Assembly: GCA_963770835.1 (NCBI GenBank)
Contig: CAVYRH010000026.1
Span: 640,001-704,000 of the forward strand
Reading direction: 5' to 3'
Length of the DNA stretch: 64,000 nt
Origin: an uncultured Pseudomonadota bacterium
GTDB lineage: Bacteria > Oederibacteriota > Muellerivitia > Muellerivitales > Muellerivitaceae
Shown here: in pieces, positions 40,070 to 48,289 of the stretch
Layout: each line of letters begins with the position of its first letter
How positions within the stretch are numbered: position 1 is the first letter of the stretch
Made by a program: the position numbers and the translations under genes
Notes under the pieces: model-generated
Told to the model about the DNA's origin: nothing
Databases searched by the model: none
What the model saw: the letters and a program-made list of their open reading frames with translations, nothing else

Positions 40070-40098
40070 AAATGGAAAATGGACGCCTGACCCCTTTT
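40070..40098 (+). repeat. Exact 29-bp copy of the Y1-element right end, with no transposase gene
   Basis: AAATGGAAAATGGACGCCTGACCCCTTTT is identical to 26893-26921. Confidence 0.9.
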
Positions 40099-40108
40099 TT
40101 ACGTTTAT

Positions 40109-40437
40109 ATGGAACCAGAAAAAATTAAGGAATATAGTCGCGGCATAAATTACGTTCACGAAAACATCGAGAACAATAAACACAATCAAATTAAAACCAT
40201 TTTACAAGATTCAAAAAGAATTATTTTTTTAGGCTTTGGCTACGATAAACGGAATATTGGAAAAATAGAAATCGATTGGACCAAAGTTCGTATTTACGGG
40301 ACTACTTTCAACATGACAGCTGGTGAAGTTAGGAAAAAATTTTTTTGGCAGGTGGAGTCTTCAGGCAAGCCGGGAAAGCCTTGCACAATTTAGATTGTTT
40401 AAACCTTTTAAGAGAGATAGCGGATAAAATTTCTTAA
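40109..40437 (+). pseudogene. AT-rich C-terminal fragment of a SIR2-like domain protein, frameshifted at the A/T run near 40334-40346
   Basis: RIIFLGFGYD..N motif; -1 frame continues ...LDCLNLLREIADKIS*; N-terminus absent. Confidence 0.5.
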
Positions 40438-40498
40438 TAAATAAAAAGAAAAGTCCAGACTGTCTCTCGAACAGACTTTTGATTTCTGGAGTTTCTGC

Positions 40499-41092
40499 AT
40501 GATAACAACAACACAAATTATTTTGGCCATACTTGGAAGTGGGGCTTTTAGTGCATTAATAAGTGCTTTTGTTAATTATTTGGCAGACAGAGGCCATCAA
40601 ACCCGACAATTAAAAATTGATTATGTAAAAGAACAGCTATCCAAATTGTATGGTCCAATATGTTATTTTCTTGGGCAAAATGAATTGATAATTAGTCATG
40701 TAAATCTAGTTTCTAAAAAAATAATTGAAAAGGCGAATGAAAATAATTTTGGTTATTCTCAAAATGAACTTTTAGAAGTAGTTAAGAAAGATACACAAGT
40801 CAATTTTCAATTTTCTCAGACGCTTTTGAATAACAATGACGAGGTGATGAAAATACTGAAGGAAACCTGGCATTTAATCGACTTGTTAGACATTGAAGCG
40901 TTCCAAGAATTTCAATTAAATGTTATTCGTTTTAAAACAGAACTTGATGAAACAAAATTTCCAAAACTTTCTTTACTTGTAAGCAATGAACTTCCCGAAA
41001 TTATGAAGAATTACCCACAATACATTTCCAAAGTCAAATTAGCATTTGAAGCTAAAAAGAAAGAATTAAAGAGATTGGAATCAACCGGTTGA
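40499..41092 (+). CDS. AT-rich hypothetical protein with an N-terminal TM helix and helical body
   Basis: GGAG RBS; IILAILGSGAFSALISAFV; EQLSKLYGP. Confidence 0.7.
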   Translation: MITTTQIILAILGSGAFSALISAFVNYLADRGHQTRQLKIDYVKEQLSKLYGPICYFLGQNELIISHVNLVSKKIIEKANENNFGYSQNELLEVVKKDTQVNFQFSQTLLNNNDEVMKILKETWHLIDLLDIEAFQEFQLNVIRFKTELDETKFPKLSLLVSNELPEIMKNYPQYISKVKLAFEAKKKELKRLESTG

Positions 41093-41133
41093 AAATGGTG
41101 GTCGATTCGAATCCAATGAACAATAAAACCGTG

Positions 41134-41161
41134 AAAAGGGGTCAGGCCGGAGTTTATAGTT
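41134..41161 (+). repeat. Left-type Y1-element end site closing the AT-rich segment
   Basis: AAAAGGGGTCAGGC (14-bp inverted match to 40085-40098) followed by heptads CGGAGTT TATAGTT. Confidence 0.7.
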
Positions 41162-41280
41162 TGACCGTGACTTCACTCTTCCCCTGAAGCTTCAGCGTGG
41201 GGCGGAACGCCCGGCCTTCCAGGGAGGCCTTCTTAAAAACTCCGCGACCCCCCGGTTTTTCCAACAAATGAGCTAAAAAT

Positions 41281-43053
41281 TCAGCCCGCGCCCGCGGGCT
41301 TGGACGCCCCTACCCCATACTGAACCACCCCCATGGTTCCGCAAATGCCGCCGGCCCAGGCGCCCACGGGGTTCTTGAGCCTATCCAATAGCCCCACCTG
41401 CACGCAGCGCAGGTATTCCTCCGTCCAATAGCCCCCGTATTCCAGGTGGCAGCCCTTCTGGATGTCCACCACCTCCGCGGCCGCGACCCATTGGATGGGC
41501 GTCTTGCCCACTTCGGTGACGTAAAAGACGTAGACCGGCTCCTCGATGCGGCCCGGGCCGGGATCGAAGAGGGGGAACTGGGACGGACGGGTGAAGTCGA
41601 TCCAGGCCATCATGGCCCGCGCGCCCCACTGGTAGCGGGTGGAAGGGGAGGCGCCCAGGCCCTTCCGGCGAAGGCACCGGTGCATGAACTTGACGTAGGA
41701 CCTCAGCCCGCCCTCTTGCAGCACTCCCTGGTGGTAAGGCAGGGTGCCGATATTTTCCAGGGGGATTTGGCCTTGGGTCCATTTGGCCCCGCCCAGGGGC
41801 CCGACCTCGTGGGGCGGCGGCTGGGTGAAAGCCGGGTCCGGCGGCGTGAGGACGGATGGGGCCTGTTGGGACGGTTTCCAGTCGGGTTCTCGGGAGTCCC
41901 GGTCCTTCCAGGTGCGGGTGGGTGGGGGGGCGGGCACAGGCGGTTCTTCCGACCGCGCGCTTTCCGGGACGAAATCCTCCGGCCACCAGCCTTGGACGAC
42001 CCAATCGACCAGGGCCTTGATCTCCTCCACGTCCTCCAACCGCCATTTGAACAGGGCGTCCACGGCGCCATCCGCCAGTTCGCGGGCCAGGAGCGGGTCG
42101 TGGCAGAGGCCGCTCAAGCGGGCCAGGGGCCAGGCCATGCGTTTTTCGACCATGTAGCCGTGCAACTCCTCGTAGGGTTCCTCGTTGCGGGCTTCGGCCC
42201 GGGCGATCCTCTCGCGGGCCTTGGGCGTGAGGACGTCCATGAGGTCCAGGATGGTTTCCAGCTCCTTCTTGCTGTAAAAATTAATGGTCCCCACCATGCT
42301 CAAAGCCACCCCCGGCTTGGTCACCAGCAAGTCCCAAACCTGCCCGTAAGCCTCCACCCAGGGGCGGAAGGGGCCGTCGTTGTCGCAGAGCCACTCGGCG
42401 ATGTCATAGCCTTTCTCGAGGTCGAGCACGTGGGCCTTGATCTTTTCCCAACCCAGGCGTTTGGCGCCAGCCAGGCGGCGCCGGCCCGTGACCAGGCGGT
42501 AGTCCTGGCCGGGATAAAGATCCTTCTCTTCGGGCCGGAGTGGGCGCAGCTTGATGGGCCGCAGGAGCCCGGCCATTCGGATGGACCGGGCCATTTCTTC
42601 CGCCTGCTCTTCCGTGGGCGGTTGCAAATGGTCCATCAAGGGGGCGTCTTGGATAAGGGCGATGGGGATAACCACCGCGGGCGGCAGGGGAACGTGCGTT
42701 TTGGTGCCCATGGCGTAATACTTGGCGCGGTCCCACCTTTTCCGCCTCCATTTCCGGATGCGGAACTGGAGGTCGTGGAAGTTTTCCCGGCCCAGGCACC
42801 AAACCACCGTGCCCAAATGGATAACCAAACCCAATAAAAGGACAAGCCCCACCAAGACGGCACATTCCTGGGCCCATTCATGGGCGTAGACAAAGGAGCG
42901 GGTGGCCAAATAAAACCAAATGGCCAAGAAAACGACCGAATAGGGGATACCCAAAACCGATTCGTTGAAATTTTGGTCATCATCCCAAAGCCGCTTCAGC
43001 AGGTATTTCCAGTAGAGGGGGATTTTCCTCAAGCCGCAAATGATGGAGTCCAT
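41281..43053 (-). CDS. Membrane-anchored ParB-like protein with two N-terminal TM helices (start uncertain)
   Basis: MARSIRMAGLLRPIKLR, YRLVTGRRRLAGAKRLGW.KI ParB motifs after two hydrophobic segments. Confidence 0.75.
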   Translation of the reverse strand: MDSIICGLRKIPLYWKYLLKRLWDDDQNFNESVLGIPYSVVFLAIWFYLATRSFVYAHEWAQECAVLVGLVLLLGLVIHLGTVVWCLGRENFHDLQFRIRKWRRKRWDRAKYYAMGTKTHVPLPPAVVIPIALIQDAPLMDHLQPPTEEQAEEMARSIRMAGLLRPIKLRPLRPEEKDLYPGQDYRLVTGRRRLAGAKRLGWEKIKAHVLDLEKGYDIAEWLCDNDGPFRPWVEAYGQVWDLLVTKPGVALSMVGTINFYSKKELETILDLMDVLTPKARERIARAEARNEEPYEELHGYMVEKRMAWPLARLSGLCHDPLLARELADGAVDALFKWRLEDVEEIKALVDWVVQGWWPEDFVPESARSEEPPVPAPPPTRTWKDRDSREPDWKPSQQAPSVLTPPDPAFTQPPPHEVGPLGGAKWTQGQIPLENIGTLPYHQGVLQEGGLRSYVKFMHRCLRRKGLGASPSTRYQWGARAMMAWIDFTRPSQFPLFDPGPGRIEEPVYVFYVTEVGKTPIQWVAAAEVVDIQKGCHLEYGGYWTEEYLRCVQVGLLDRLKNPVGAWAGGICGTMGVVQYGVGASKPAGAG

Positions 43054-43281
43054 GGAGGTTCCGGTCCTAATATCAGGAGATTCCTCCCCAGGATAATAAG
43101 ACCGGCGGCTGGGGGTAAGGACTTTTTTTAGGACTTTGTCCCGGCACCGCCCCCAATACCCCCGGACAGGCCACCGGGGAATGTTCGCGGGTTTTCGCCG
43201 CCAATAGGCGCGCCTTTTGGCGGCGGCGGGCTGGGAAAGGGCCCCGCCGTTCAACCTATTAAGAACTTGGGAGCCTCAGAG

Positions 43282-43980
43282 TTAAAGGAGGGCGGCAAAT
43301 CTCGCAAAGACCTTCCCGGCAATGGTTCGCAAGCCCTTGGCGTTCTCGGCCAAGTGATCCTCAATGGGCCCCGGCGGCAGGGGGCCGCCCTGGGGCGTGA
43401 GTTCCTTGGCATAAACCGCCATCCAACTTTTCACCATTTCCTCGGTCACTTCCAAATGGCATTGAAAGCCGTAGGCGTTGGTTCCTACCCGGAAAATCTG
43501 GTGGGGATAGGCGGCGCTTCCTGCCAGGAGGGACGCTTGGGTTGGAAGGGTGAAAGTGTCTCCATGCCAGTGGAAGGCGTTGAATTCCCTTGGCAGGCCC
43601 AATAAAAGCGGGTCCAAATGGCCCTGGTCCGTAAGGGTGATGGGGTACCAACCCACTTCCTGGGAAGGCCCCTTGTAAACCCGGCCCCCGGCGGCATGGG
43701 AGAGCATTTGAGAGCCCAGGCAAATTCCCAATACCGGTAGGGAAGAGTCCAGGCACTTCCGGATCGCGTCCAGCTCCGCCGTCATCCAGGGGAACTGGTT
43801 TTCTTCATATACTCCCATAGGGCCGCCCAGGACGATCAGTCCGTCGCCCAAATGGCCGGGAACAGGCTGGCCTTGGAAGGGCTTGAGGACATCCACCCGG
43901 ACTTCCTTCGCTTTTAGGATGTCCAGTAGGGAACCGGGGTCTTCGCAGTCGATATGTTGGAAGCAGGTGACGTGAGGCAT
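43282..43980 (-). CDS. Type 1 glutamine amidotransferase (GuaA-like GATase domain)
   Basis: LIVLGGPMG, LGICLGSQ (Cys), EVGW, WHGDTF, FQCHLE (His-x-Glu). Confidence 0.92.
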   Translation of the reverse strand: MPHVTCFQHIDCEDPGSLLDILKAKEVRVDVLKPFQGQPVPGHLGDGLIVLGGPMGVYEENQFPWMTAELDAIRKCLDSSLPVLGICLGSQMLSHAAGGRVYKGPSQEVGWYPITLTDQGHLDPLLLGLPREFNAFHWHGDTFTLPTQASLLAGSAAYPHQIFRVGTNAYGFQCHLEVTEEMVKSWMAVYAKELTPQGGPLPPGPIEDHLAENAKGLRTIAGKVFARFAALL

Positions 43981-44107
43981 GGTGTACCTTGGGTAATTGA
44001 TTAAGAATGAAGAAATTATAATGAACTTAAACAATTCCAGTGGGAAAAGCTAGATTGCGGCTGGCGTAAATTTAATCTAGGATAAGCCAACTTTATTATA
44101 ACTGGGG

Positions 44108-44156
44108 TTGCTTCGTCGTATTCGCCCGCTATTCAGCTGGCACTCCTCGCAATGAC
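44108..44156 (+). repeat. Single REP-like half element upstream of crcB
   Basis: TTGCTTCGTCG ... CTCCTCGCAATGAC resembles a widespread intergenic repeat end (recalled, not searched). Confidence 0.45.
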
Positions 44157-44179
44157 AGTTATATGTTTTGGTAAGGAAT

Positions 44180-44554
44180 ATGGACAAATACATCATCATC
44201 GGCGCGGGCGCCATCCTGGGAGCTTTTTGCCGTTATTGGATGGCAATCTGGGTCTCCAGCAAATGGGGTACTCAGTTCGCCTATGGCACGCTCCTCATCA
44301 ATCTTATCGGTTCCTTCGTGTTGGGGCTATTTCTTACCATGAACTTGGACCGGGGACTGTTTACACCCAATGCCCGCCTTCTGGTGGCGGTTGGCTGGTG
44401 TGCTTCCTTCACCACTTATTCCACCTTCAGCTGGGAGACCTTCCGCTACATTCAAGAAGGAAATTTGAAACTCGCGGGCGCCAATATTGCTTTCACTGTG
44501 TTGGGGTGTCTAGTCGCAACTTGGGCTGGGGCAACCGTCGGTAAAATCTTGTAG
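44180..44554 (+). CDS. crcB: Fluoride efflux channel Fluc/CrcB
   Basis: GAILGAFCRY, GTLLINLIGSF.LG, G.CASFTTYSTFS.E; AAGGA RBS. Confidence 0.95.
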   Translation: MDKYIIIGAGAILGAFCRYWMAIWVSSKWGTQFAYGTLLINLIGSFVLGLFLTMNLDRGLFTPNARLLVAVGWCASFTTYSTFSWETFRYIQEGNLKLAGANIAFTVLGCLVATWAGATVGKIL

Positions 44555-44566
44555 TGTGGAGGCACT

Positions 44567-44935
44567 ATGAACATCGTGGGCAAATGCAAACTATTGCGGA
44601 TTTTCATCGATGAGGATTTGAAGTGGCATAACAAACTTCTATACAGGGCTATTGTGGATAAACTGCTGGAGCTCAAGGTCGCCGGGGCCAGTGTGTTTAA
44701 GGGCGTTGAGGGTTTCGGCTCCAAGGCGCACATTCATTCGTCGCGCATCCTGGAAATTACTGAAAACCTTCCCATGCTGATCGAAGTGGTGGACAAGCCC
44801 AAGCAAATCCACAAAGCCTTGAATGCCGTGGAGCCCATGTTGCCCAAGCACTGCCTGGTGACGGTGCAGGATATTCATGTACTTCACTACCATCATCCCG
44901 AAGGAAAGCACTCCAAAACCAAGAAATTAAGTTGA
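44567..44935 (+). CDS. DUF190 (PII-like) protein, usual partner of crcB
   Basis: LLRIFIDE, LYRAIV, GASVFKGVEGFG, LP..IEVVD. Confidence 0.9.
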   Translation: MNIVGKCKLLRIFIDEDLKWHNKLLYRAIVDKLLELKVAGASVFKGVEGFGSKAHIHSSRILEITENLPMLIEVVDKPKQIHKALNAVEPMLPKHCLVTVQDIHVLHYHHPEGKHSKTKKLS

Positions 44936-45097
44936 ACGTGAGAGTTCGTCGCTTTAACGGTTCTCGAAATCTACTTGTTTTGATTCCTATTTCTTGAAAA
45001 CAACGACAAATCGCGATATTTTTTATGTTAGGTTAACTTTATTGAAACTGTTCAATTTTTTTCAAACCGGTTCAAAACATTAAAAAGAAGGGGTGCC

Positions 45098-48000
45098 ATG
45101 AAAGGGCCTGGTAAGAGTTTTAAAGGTAATAATGGCGCGCCCGAATATTTTTTTGGCCCAACTGTTAAAACGTTTTTCGGCAAGCTTTTTCTGAGACTGT
45201 TTTTCCTCAGTCTTTCGCTGGGTTTACTTTCCATTCCGCGGATCTCCCAAGCCGCATCACCTCAATTGAAAATCTCCGGCAACCAGATTGTCAACGCCAG
45301 CAGTGGATGTACGGTTCACTTGAGGGGCGTTGATCTTTCAGGGCTGGAATACAGCACCACCGGAGACGGTGGAACCGGAGCTCCCACCACCAACGTCAAT
45401 GGCGTTACCATGACGGATTATGTTTCCATTATCACCGAGGCGATAACGGTCTGGCACGCCAACTGTATCCGGTTTCCCTTAAACCAGGATTTTTGGTTTG
45501 GATGCTCGAACAGCAAGGGCACCCCTAACTTGACCGCGTACAAGGATATGATCCAGGCGGCCGTCAGTATTTGTTCCTATTACAACGCCTACATCGACCT
45601 GGACTTGCACTGGTCTGGCACCGCCAGCACGGCTTCCGCTCCCTGCGGGACCGGGTGGGGGACTGCCACGGGTCAGCAAAATATGCCGGACATGAACGCC
45701 GTGACTTTTTGGTCTTCCCTCTCCTCCGCCTACGCCAATAATCCGGCGGTGATGTTTGATATGTATAACGAACCTCATGACGTGACCTGGGCGGTTTGGC
45801 AAGGTGGCGGGGCCACCGGGGCCACACCCTCGAATACACCGGGGCTTCAAGCCCTCTTGACCGCCATCCGGACTGCGGGCGCCAACAACATCGTAGTGGC
45901 GGGGGGACTCAACTGGGCCTTCGACCTGACGGGGGTCGCCAGCGGGAGCACCAGTTGCAGCGGTGGCAATTGCGGCTTAACCGACACCGGGAGCGGGAAC
46001 GGAGTTCTCTATTCTTCCCATTGTTATTCCAGCAAGGGTTATACGGTGGGGACTGGATGGGATCCCTACGTGACAGTCGCGACTTCCACACATGCAGTCA
46101 TCATCGAGGAGTTCGGAGCCCAATCCACCGATCCAGGGGGCTGGGACAATTCGGCACTAACCTGGATTGATGGAACCAATAGCAACAACTATACCTATTC
46201 CGCCATGGCTTGGGCCTTTAGCTCCGACGTGGGCCCGACGCTCCTGACCAGCTTCGCCGGTTACCCCACCACCTCTTACCACGGAGCGCCGGTTTCCACT
46301 TGGCTTTATAACATGAATGACACTCCCACCCCGAATTGCAGTGGCGGGGGAAGCACCCCGACTTTTACCTCAACCCCCACTTTTACCGCGACCCGGACGG
46401 CCACCGCCACGCCGACCAAGACGACTACGGCGACGCCCTCCAACACCGTAACGGCCACTCCGTCCAATTCCCCCACCGGTACACCCACCTTTACCCGGAC
46501 CAACAGCGCCACCAATACCACCACCTCGACCGCGACGAATTCCGCCACAGCGACTTCCACCTCGACTGTTACCCGAACGGCCAGCGCGACCGCTACCAAT
46601 ACCCCCAGCAACAGCCCCACCAACACTTCCTCGTTAACACCGACCGCGACGACCACCAATAGCCCCACCCGCACTTCCACGGCGACGGCCACTTATACCC
46701 TGATTAATACAGGAACCCCGACTTCCACTCCCACTGAAACGGCCACCAGCACCCCAAGCAACAGCCCCACCAACACTTCTTCTTTAACGCCGACCGCGAC
46801 AACCACCAATAGTCCTACCCGCACTTCCACGGCGACGGCCACTTACACTCTGATCAATACGGGAACCCCGACTTCCACTCCCGCTGAAACGGCCACCAGT
46901 ACCCCAAGCAACAGCCCCACCAACACTTCCTCGTTAACCCCGACCGCGACGACTACGAACAGCCCCACCCGGACTTCGACGGCGACGACCACTTCCACTC
47001 CAACCAATAGTCCCACCCAAACGCCGACCGCTACTCCCACCGATACGTTGATCCATTCGGCCACGCCCACCCAAACGCCCACCAGAACGGGGACCCCAAC
47101 CGTCACCAGCACGGCCACCGATACCGCTTCCTCAACTGCGACTGATACACCAACCAATACGCTCATCAATACCGGCACGCCCACCTCTACGGCCACTTCG
47201 ACGCCCACCCATACTCCGACCGCTACCCCCACCTCCACCTTGACGGTTACCATGACACCAACCTATTCCTCCACGGCGACCCCCACTAATACTTTGATCC
47301 ATACAGCCACCCCCTCCACTACGGCAACCTTGACTCCGAGTTCAACCCCGACCCAAACCGGCACATTCACAGCGACCTTTACCGAAACCGCCACCCCGAC
47401 AGTCACGCCTTCCGCCACGTCCTCGGCGGTGACGGTGGCGGCGTCGCTGGGACCCAATCCTCCCGGTAATTCCAACCAACTTGCCGGGGCTTCCAATGTG
47501 GCCGTTCAGCAAGTTGTATTGACGAATCCCAGCGCCTCGACGATCACCATGACGGCCTTGACCCTGTCGGTTTCGGGTACGGGGAACCCGGCGGATATTA
47601 CGAGCGTGACCTTGTCGGCTAGCGGGACCCCCATTGCAACAACGTCCTTCTCCGGAACAACGGCGACCTTCTCGTTCAGCGGGACCTTGCCGGCCTCCTC
47701 CAGCGTGACCTATATCGTGACGGCCAATTTTGACTCGGGGGCCAGCGGCACTTATGCCTTCAACACGACGGGAGCCAGCGGAAACAACGGGCCAGCGGCA
47801 CAGTTCAGCGGCTTGCCGTTAACCGGAGCTACCGTTACGGTGGCCCACCCGACCACCACTGCCACCCAAACCTCCACGCCTCAGCCGTTTACCACGCCGG
47901 TCGTCTTTCCCAACCCGGTGAGTGGCGGTCCAGTGTTCCAACTGAATCCTGGCTTGGCTTCTACTTCCAACGTGCGAGTTGACTACTACACGTTAGCTTT

Positions 48001-48163
48001 TAGGAAGATCAACGAACTTTCCTTCCAGGATGTTCCGCCCGGCAAAGTTTTAACCCTGCCATTGACGGACAAATGGGGGAATTCCCTCGCCAGCGGCCTT
48101 TATTACATCGTTGTGCAATCCTCCCAAGGCCGTTCCATATTGAAGCTGTTGGTCTTAAAATAG
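45098..48163 (+). CDS. Secreted GH5 cellulase-family enzyme with a long Thr/Pro stalk, Ig-like domain and T9SS-like C-terminal domain
   Basis: [27 protein letters not shown] (acid/base), IIEEFG (nucleophile), AWAF; tail VFPNP...[10 protein letters not shown]...ILKLLVLK. Confidence 0.9.
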   Translation: MKGPGKSFKGNNGAPEYFFGPTVKTFFGKLFLRLFFLSLSLGLLSIPRISQAASPQLKISGNQIVNASSGCTVHLRGVDLSGLEYSTTGDGGTGAPTTNVNGVTMTDYVSIITEAITVWHANCIRFPLNQDFWFGCSNSKGTPNLTAYKDMIQAAVSICSYYNAYIDLDLHWSGTASTASAPCGTGWGTATGQQNMPDMNAVTFWSSLSSAYANNPAVMFDMYNEPHDVTWAVWQGGGATGATPSNTPGLQALLTAIRTAGANNIVVAGGLNWAFDLTGVASGSTSCSGGNCGLTDTGSGNGVLYSSHCYSSKGYTVGTGWDPYVTVATSTHAVIIEEFGAQSTDPGGWDNSALTWIDGTNSNNYTYSAMAWAFSSDVGPTLLTSFAGYPTTSYHGAPVSTWLYNMNDTPTPNCSGGGSTPTFTSTPTFTATRTATATPTKTTTATPSNTVTATPSNSPTGTPTFTRTNSATNTTTSTATNSATATSTSTVTRTASATATNTPSNSPTNTSSLTPTATTTNSPTRTSTATATYTLINTGTPTSTPTETATSTPSNSPTNTSSLTPTATTTNSPTRTSTATATYTLINTGTPTSTPAETATSTPSNSPTNTSSLTPTATTTNSPTRTSTATTTSTPTNSPTQTPTATPTDTLIHSATPTQTPTRTGTPTVTSTATDTASSTATDTPTNTLINTGTPTSTATSTPTHTPTATPTSTLTVTMTPTYSSTATPTNTLIHTATPSTTATLTPSSTPTQTGTFTATFTETATPTVTPSATSSAVTVAASLGPNPPGNSNQLAGASNVAVQQVVLTNPSASTITMTALTLSVSGTGNPADITSVTLSASGTPIATTSFSGTTATFSFSGTLPASSSVTYIVTANFDSGASGTYAFNTTGASGNNGPAAQFSGLPLTGATVTVAHPTTTATQTSTPQPFTTPVVFPNPVSGGPVFQLNPGLASTSNVRVDYYTLAFRKINELSFQDVPPGKVLTLPLTDKWGNSLASGLYYIVVQSSQGRSILKLLVLK
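46596..46990 (+). repeat. Intragenic tandem repeat with a 150-bp period (about 2.6 copies) in the GH5 stalk
   Basis: [29 protein letters not shown] recurs three times at 150-nt spacing. Confidence 0.85.
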
Positions 48164-48289
48164 TCCCCGGCGGGATTTGAATTAGAGCCGTATAAAACAT
48201 CCCTCCTAAAAATTAAATTCGCTGGGAAAATTCCATTTGGGGTGATGCTCGCCCGCTTGCCATCAAAATTTAAAGACCGGAGGCCGCAA

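Noticed and set aside
41095..41116. tRNA 3' fragment or att site (GGTGGTCGATTCGAATCCA)
   Set aside because: Only a TTCGAATC loop-like word; no T stem or acceptor stem can be formed.
41446..42837. 463-aa plus-strand ORF and other long antisense ORFs (6872..7870, 35768..36832, 29756..30583, Val/Gly-rich ORFs opposite the stalks)
   Set aside because: Shadow frames of well-supported GC-rich genes on the other strand, with no motifs.
44041..44179. Fluoride riboswitch upstream of crcB
   Set aside because: I could not find the GGCGATGG..TTCGCC and TAATGAC..CT core; the AATGAC present belongs to a REP-like half element. An Rfam RF01734 scan would settle it.
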